Below are positions 57,571 through 64,000 of a stretch of DNA of 64,000 bases, one piece after another. The notes under the pieces were generated by a model, which saw only the letters and a list, made by a program, of their open reading frames with translations, made no database searches and was not told the origin of the DNA. Position numbers and translations under genes: made by a program. Every line of letters starts with the position of its first letter. Within the stretch, counting starts at the first letter, position 1. This DNA is from Octopus vulgaris (lineage: Eukaryota), in the NCBI GenBank assembly GCA_951406725.2, contig OX597833.1, forward strand, positions 24,862,001 to 24,926,000. Reading direction: 5' to 3'.

Positions 57571-58515
57571 ATTTCATAAAAAATGGCCATAAAGGCCTTA
57601 AACAGAGAGTCAGCACAAGTTGAAGGGAAAAAATAAAATAAAAAATAAAACCAATGGAATGAATGAAATTACATAATGAACGACTTCATTGAACCTGTTA
57701 CTACACCGTTTGTATTACCATTTGCAACCACAGTTTATATACCTTTTTCATTGCCATTTATAACAGCAATTTACCTTTTTTTTTATTCAATATATCTATT
57801 TTATATTTTTGGAGAATGTCAAAGTAACTCACCCGCTCTGGCATAGTACTTGTATTTATCCTCTTTTCCCACCACTTAAAATCTTCCATATACTTCCTCA
57901 ATCTCGCCAGGTACTCCGGGTCCACCACCGCACATCGCATGTGCTCCGGCAACTCCCCCACTCCTGTCGTATCCACTTTAATTGCCGTATCTCATGTCTC
58001 TATTTCCTTGCACAGTTCCTTGTTTCGTCCATTGTACAACACAATACATTTTCTCTCCCAGGGTAAGGGTGGGCTCGGAAGTTGTGGCCCCTGTGTGCTT
58101 ATGTTTGTCTGTGTGTCGGGTGGGGCATGGAGAGGGTTGGTGTCTGTTGTGAGTGGTTAGGGTAGAGTGGGTGTGGGTGAGGGCCGAGCGGGTATGAGTT
58201 GTGGGGCGGGGGGGTATCTTTTGCCACGTGTGTCTTCTTCCTCCTTTTCCTGCTCTTTTTTCTCTACCATTTCCCAGCTGGTATTCGCTTCTTCCGCCTC
58301 CTCGACGCTGGTGCCTGTCTTCTTCTGCGGTTCCACCTCACTTGCTTCTTCCTCCACTGGCAGATACCTATCTATATAGATGCATGCATGCATACACATA
58401 TACCAACATACATGCATATATATAAGTACATATGCGAAGCGCATTGTAACCAGCGATGTGTAGCAACATCTGATAGCCTGGTCGGTCACGGTGATCACGG
58501 TGGTTACGGTGATAC

Positions 58516-58591
<76 letters not shown>

Positions 58592-58642
58592 TTATCTATC
58601 TATCCATCTATTTATATATATATATAATATGTATGTATATAT

Positions 58643-58845
58643 ACACGAGGCTGGTGAAAAGTTTCTGGCTTTATGAGTATCACAAAAGGCCCAGCTTTCT
58701 GAGTCCTTTCACAAGGCTTTGAAAAACAAGAATCACTGCAATAAGTCTATGAATCTGAGAGAGGAAAATGTTGCATAAAATTGAAATTAACTGATCCTCC
58801 TTATTTTGTTTTGCCCAAAGGCAGGAACTTTTCAACACCCCCTCG

Positions 58846-58848
<3 letters not shown>
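58643..58848. mobile_element. mariner-type MITE
   Basis: TIRs cgaggctggtgaaaagtttctggcttt / aaaggcaggaacttttcaacaccccctcg-TA. Confidence 0.7.
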
Positions 58849-58877
<29 letters not shown>

Positions 58878-58984
58878 TGTATGTATGTATGTATGTATGT
58901 ATGTATGTACATACGAACACACACACACGCACAAACACACACACACGCACACACACGCAAACACAGGCGCGCGCGCACACACAC

Positions 58985-59200
58985 ATTCTTTTATTCTTTT
59001 ACTTGTTTCAGTCATATGACTGCGGTCATGCTGGAGCACAGCCTTAAAGGTTTTTAGTCGAACAAATTGACTCCAGGACTTCTTTGTAAGCCGAGTACTC
59101 ATTCTATCGGCCACTTTAGCCGAACCGCTAAAGTTACGGGGACGTAAACAGAGCAACATCAGTTATCAAGCAGTGATAGGGGAACAGACAGACATAAAGA
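58985..59200 (-). mobile_element. SINE family A tail
   Basis: ttttacttgtttcagtcatatgactgcggtcatgctggagcac. Another copy lies at 61120-61340. Confidence 0.75.
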
Positions 59201-59244
59201 CGCGTGCGCCCACACACAAATACGTATATACATACATACATACA

Positions 59245-59280
<36 letters not shown>

Positions 59281-60512
59281 TATACAGACTCATATATATA
59301 TAAATACACACACACATATATATATATATATGACAGAAGATGGAATATAGGAGAATATATTATTAATCACAACAATTGTTTCGACACATCTAGCATCGAC
59401 TCCTCTTGTGGGACACACAAAAACTGGTTCAGGGGTATCCAGTGGTGCAGACGTATTTTGTCGGGTTATAAGTAAATAAAAACTCGTTAAAATGACTGTT
59501 ACATAATGAAACTTTCCGTTTTGTAAAGAGAGAAAAACCCAGACGGAGGTAAATTCTTCATATATATAGAAGATCCAAAAATAAAATTGTAGAAGACAAA
59601 AAGAGAAACGAACACTTAATCCAGCTAGAAAATATTGAAAACAACCGTTAACAGATATGTATAACAGATATGTATGTATAAACGCCCTCGGGAAAGCTGC
59701 ATAGCACGAGTACATACGCTCATACAAACATTAGAAAAAATGTGAGCATACGCACACGTGAGGTTAGGCGCACTCATGATTACAAAGCGAGTTAGATATA
59801 TTTTCTTTTATTTTGCAATGTCATACAGCATATTTTTATGGTTAGGACGAGCTACACGTGTTTCCCTTGCACAGAGTATGAATAGTTGCATATGCAAAGG
59901 GGCATAATTTTCTGTGCAGCATCGTTCAGGGTCTCTTAACCTGCTTGGCTCGAAGCGACCTGAGTTCAGGTAGTTGTTTATCCATTAGGGTTCTGTATAA
60001 TATATGTACTGCATTGATTTTCACTCGTTTATACTCCAACCTGCTTCAACCTATTTGTTTGGGGCACATAAAACAAACATGAACGAAGTAAACATATCTA
60101 AACAATGCCGTAGGTTTGCTCTTCATAAACACATCAAACAAAACAGAACTAAAAGAATGAAAACAACGAACACTTGTGAAATAAGAACATATTTACATTG
60201 AAATACATAAGAAAGAAAATGTTAAATTTTTTAGACATACTTCATTGCCATCCGTTTTTCAGTAATTCATTTTAACAGAAGCATAAGTGATGCATGGTGT
60301 GTTTATAATACTTATAACATATGTTCATCCATTTGTAAAAACTTATTAACCGATCTCTAACATATGTCTAAAATCTTTGAAACTAGACAAAACTACAAAA
60401 CACAAAGGCGTAGTGAATCTCGGGAAGGCAAAGTAACATTTTGTAAAGTTGAGATGAAGATTGGAAAGACAGCAGATATATATTAAAGTTACAGAACAGA
60501 TAAAAATTCCGC

Positions 60513-60820
60513 TCAAGTTGTCGCAGTATAAAGGGGGCATACAACATCATCTGTTCTTTTCTTTGGTTCTGCCATATGCAGCAACGACTTAACTGTGGTC
60601 CGTAGTTGTGGGAAGACTTTCATGAGCTCAAACTGAGTGAAGTTTCGTCGTACAAAAATAGGCTGTGACGCTAAAATCGTTAACGGCCAAGAAAGGTATC
60701 GACTGGAATACCTGAATCTATTTGGAAATCTGCTAAAAGCCTCCACTCCCACCATCAAACAAAAACAGAGTAAAACAGATTCAGCCATTTCAACACTTGA
60801 GTATATGTTGACGAGGCTCT
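60513..60820 (-). CDS. candidate terminal coding exon, unknown protein
   Basis: Possible acceptor tttgtaattattatag, then about 101 open codons in unique, microsatellite-free sequence. Confidence 0.3.
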
Positions 60821-61051
60821 CTATAATAATTACAAAGATGTGATATCCAGAAAAGTAAGTAAATGTAATGGACTCTCTTTGGTGAGGTGGAAATTAAACC
60901 AAAGGTTCACGTGAGCAAGAAATGACAAGAGCGGCTTTTAACCTAAACTTTTAAGCATATAAACGCCGTCCTTTTAGAGGATCCCAAGAATAGTCTCTCG
61001 AAGTTCGTTCCAGATAATGAAATTTGAATAAAAGAAACATTTGTTAGATGC

Positions 61052-61110
<59 letters not shown>

Positions 61111-61439
61111 CGTATGTATCTTTTACCTTTTGATTGTTTCAGTCATTAGACTGCGACCATGTTGGGGCACCGTCTTGAAGGATTTCTTTTTGTCGAATGA
61201 CTGACTCGATCACAGTATTTATTTTTTGTTAAACGTGGTACTTATTCTATCGGTCTCTTGTGGTCGAACTGCTAAGTTACGGGGACGTAAACACGCTACA
61301 CTTGCTATCAAGTTGGAGGGGGCAGTGGAAAGACACAGACATACACATATATTCTACAGTATATATATATATATATTCTACAGTATATATATATATATAT
61401 ATATTCTACAGTATATATAATATTTTTTCGTAATGAGAT

Positions 61440-61765
61440 AAAAACCAAGGCTGTGTAGATTTTAGAACATTTATAGATAGGTTTTACAGCTGTTTCCAGG
61501 ATATTTATCATATCCCTTCATCGGAGACGTGAGAGGATGGTTAAGAAATTGTTAATTTAGATAAGATATAAAATAGAGAGTGAGGTGGAGGAAATAAAAA
61601 GAAAATAGATGTGAGATGTGTAGGGATATTGCATTTGTAGATCCATTCTTCTAGGCAGAATGGTATGCATATAATATTCCAATACCTTGTGAGTAAAATC
61701 CAATAGAATTTAAAATTCGTCATTCCAAGTATAAAGTTTATATACAATGTTATTGAATCCAGGGT
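61440..61765 (-). mobile_element. PLE 3' terminal repeat with degenerate hammerhead
   Basis: Minus strand 61528-61481 reads gtct-CCGATGA-A-GGGATAT-gataa-ATATCCT-g-GAAA-CAGCTG-TA-aaac. Confidence 0.6.
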
Positions 61766-61776
61766 TGTATATATAT

Positions 61777-62720
61777 GACATCTCTCTCAGCATCGACCAA
61801 CCCTCCCACTCTCTCACCACCACCGCCTTCTTTAAACCCACGGATTCCCACCTCTATCTCAACGTCTCCTCTTCCCACCCCTTCCACACCAAACGGGCCA
61901 TCCCCTACTCCCAGTTCCTCCGCCTCCGACGCTTGTGCAGCCGCGACCAGGATTTCGAAACCCAATCTCAATACCTGGCCCGCCTGTTCAGACTCCGAGG
62001 ATACCCACCTACACTAATCTCAAATGCCCTTGCCCGCGTCCGTCGCATCGACCGCACCACCGCCCTGTCTCCTTCCTCTCACCCACCCCCAACCGCACCC
62101 CCAACCGCACCCCCTTCCCCCTCCTTTTCCACCCCTCTACTCTACCCCTTCGTCGGAAGATACTACGCGCCTTCCGTCGCCTCCAGCTCGATCCCACGAC
62201 CCGCCCCATTTTCCCCAACCCACCCTTGTCCTCCTTCAAACGATCCCGGAATCTACGCGACCTCCTGGTCCATAGCACCCTCTCTCCTTCCCCCTCAGCC
62301 CCACACGGATCATTCCCGTGCTCTAGATCCCGCTGCAACATCTGCCTCTTCATCACCAACACCACTGCTGTCACCGACTCCAACCAGCGAACTGTACGTA
62401 TCAGACATTCTTTTACGTGCACTTCGTCTGGCCTCATATACTGTATTAAATACAACCTCTGCGGAATGCTGTATATAGGACAGACGGGACGCCGTTTGTC
62501 AGACCGATTTGCTGAACATCTGAGGGACGTTCGTCTACGGTCTTTTTCTCCCATCGCACGTCACTTCCGCTCGGCCAGCCATTCTCCCGATGACATCTCA
62601 GTGTTTGGTCTCACCCCACACAACGGTCGTCCACTATCTAGGCTCCACTTGGAGCAACGCTACATCTTCACCCTACAAACCACTACCCCACCCGGACTCA
62701 ACACAGCCCCTTCCTCTTAG
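61777..62720 (+). mobile_element. 5'-truncated Penelope-like element (Neptune-type): RT thumb, Cys linker and GIY-YIG endonuclease
   Basis: KPTDSHLYL..SSSHP..TKRAIPYSQFLRLRRLCS; NLRDLLV; CSRSRCNIC; CTSSGLIYCI...YIGQTGRRLSDRFAEH...PPGLN. One frameshift near 62070-62090. Confidence 0.95.
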
Positions 62721-64000
62721 TGTTTTTTTTCCGAAAACACACACACGCATACCCACGTATCCACGAACACCCCCCACATACCTACTTCCAACACACCTAC
62801 CTCCAACACACCACACACACACAACCTACTTACCTACTTGTACGCGCACATACTTCTACACCTATTCACACCCCCACGCAAACCCACGCGCACACACACA
62901 CGCCCGTTCACACACACACACACATACATACATACGCACATACATACACACATACATACACACACATACGTACATACTTTACATACATACATACTTTACA
63001 TACATACATACACACACACACATGCACACATACACGCATGCACACACACATGCATACATACATACCTACACACGCACACGTTTACACGAATGCACGCACA
63101 CATACATATTTGCATCCAGGCGCACCCTCTTTCTTTTGGGTTGAGGGGTTGATGGATCTCGGTTCTTGTGATGTGTGTGATCGGGGGTCCGCGCGCGCGC
63201 GCTTTGGAACAGGCCTGGGGTGGGGTAGGCCCCATATGCGTGCGTTGTGTTGTTTGTGTGTTGTGTGTGTGAGCGTGCTTCGTGCGTGTGTGTGTGTATA
63301 CATACATACACACACATGCATGCATGCACGCGCGCACACCTACATGCCTACATACATACACGCACACACACTTACACACATACATACATACATACACACA
63401 TACACACACACATACATACCCACAAACATACATACATACACACACATACACATACATACATACATAAGACATACGTACACACAGACATACACCCATACAC
63501 TCACACACACATACATACACACCCACATACACACGCACACCCATACACTCACACACACATACATACACACCCACACACACACGCACACGCACATACACAC
63601 ACACACGCACACATATACACACACACACACACACACGCATACATACATACATTACATACGTACACACACATACTTACATACATTCATACCTTCACTCATA
63701 CATACATACATACATACACACAAACATACACAGACACACACCTATACATACATGCATGCACGCACGCCTGTGGGTTCTGGCTATATCTCGGGTTCGTGTC
63801 TGGGCCGGCGCGTTGTGCCTGGGGTTTCTCTTACGCCTGTCACCGCAGGAGTATTTTCCATCATTCCTTCAGTTGCGAAGTGTTTCCTTGCATGCATATA
63901 TACACACACACATAAACATATAAACACACATATAATACCCCTACATTTTGTACACACACGCACATACATACATTCACTCCCACGCACTCACACATACACA

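Noticed and set aside
60513-60788. TIR domain or secreted peptide precursor
   Set aside because: YLSWP resembles the TLR YLEWP motif but the spacing is far too short. The hydrophobic start may be internal to an exon rather than a signal peptide.
62009-62554. Antisense and alternative-frame ORFs over the Penelope element
   Set aside because: They are shadows of a C-rich coding strand with few stop codons.

Overview
AT-rich animal genomic DNA, saturated with microsatellites ((TA)n, (CA)n, (TATC)n, (TACA)n, (TAA)n). The SINE families and repeat density resemble an octopod cephalopod (Octopus-like); this is from recall, not a database match. Most ORFs in the track are microsatellite artefacts. 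The supportable content is as follows. (1) The 3' part of a multi-exon plus-strand gene for a coiled-coil protein, with phase-compatible exons at 48871-48983, 53450-53598 and 55352-55958 and weaker upstream candidates. (2) A dense transposon landscape: three tRNA-type SINE families, R4/Dong-like RLE LINEs nested in (TAA)n tracts, a CR1/L2-like LINE end, several Penelope-like element (PLE) remnants with minimal hammerhead ribozyme motifs, non-autonomous Helitrons, Tigger and mariner fragments, and MITEs. The most interesting observations are: a tRNA-promoter + (TAA)n + hammerhead module that occurs both directly behind a Penelope GIY-YIG ORF end and as a free SINE-like copy; that free copy split by about 4.9 kb of stacked TAA-targeting insertions; a hammerhead-like motif with a swapped G3-C8 core pair; and a head-to-tail Helitron concatemer (CTAG|TC junctions) that captured about 1.5 kb of neighbouring repeats.
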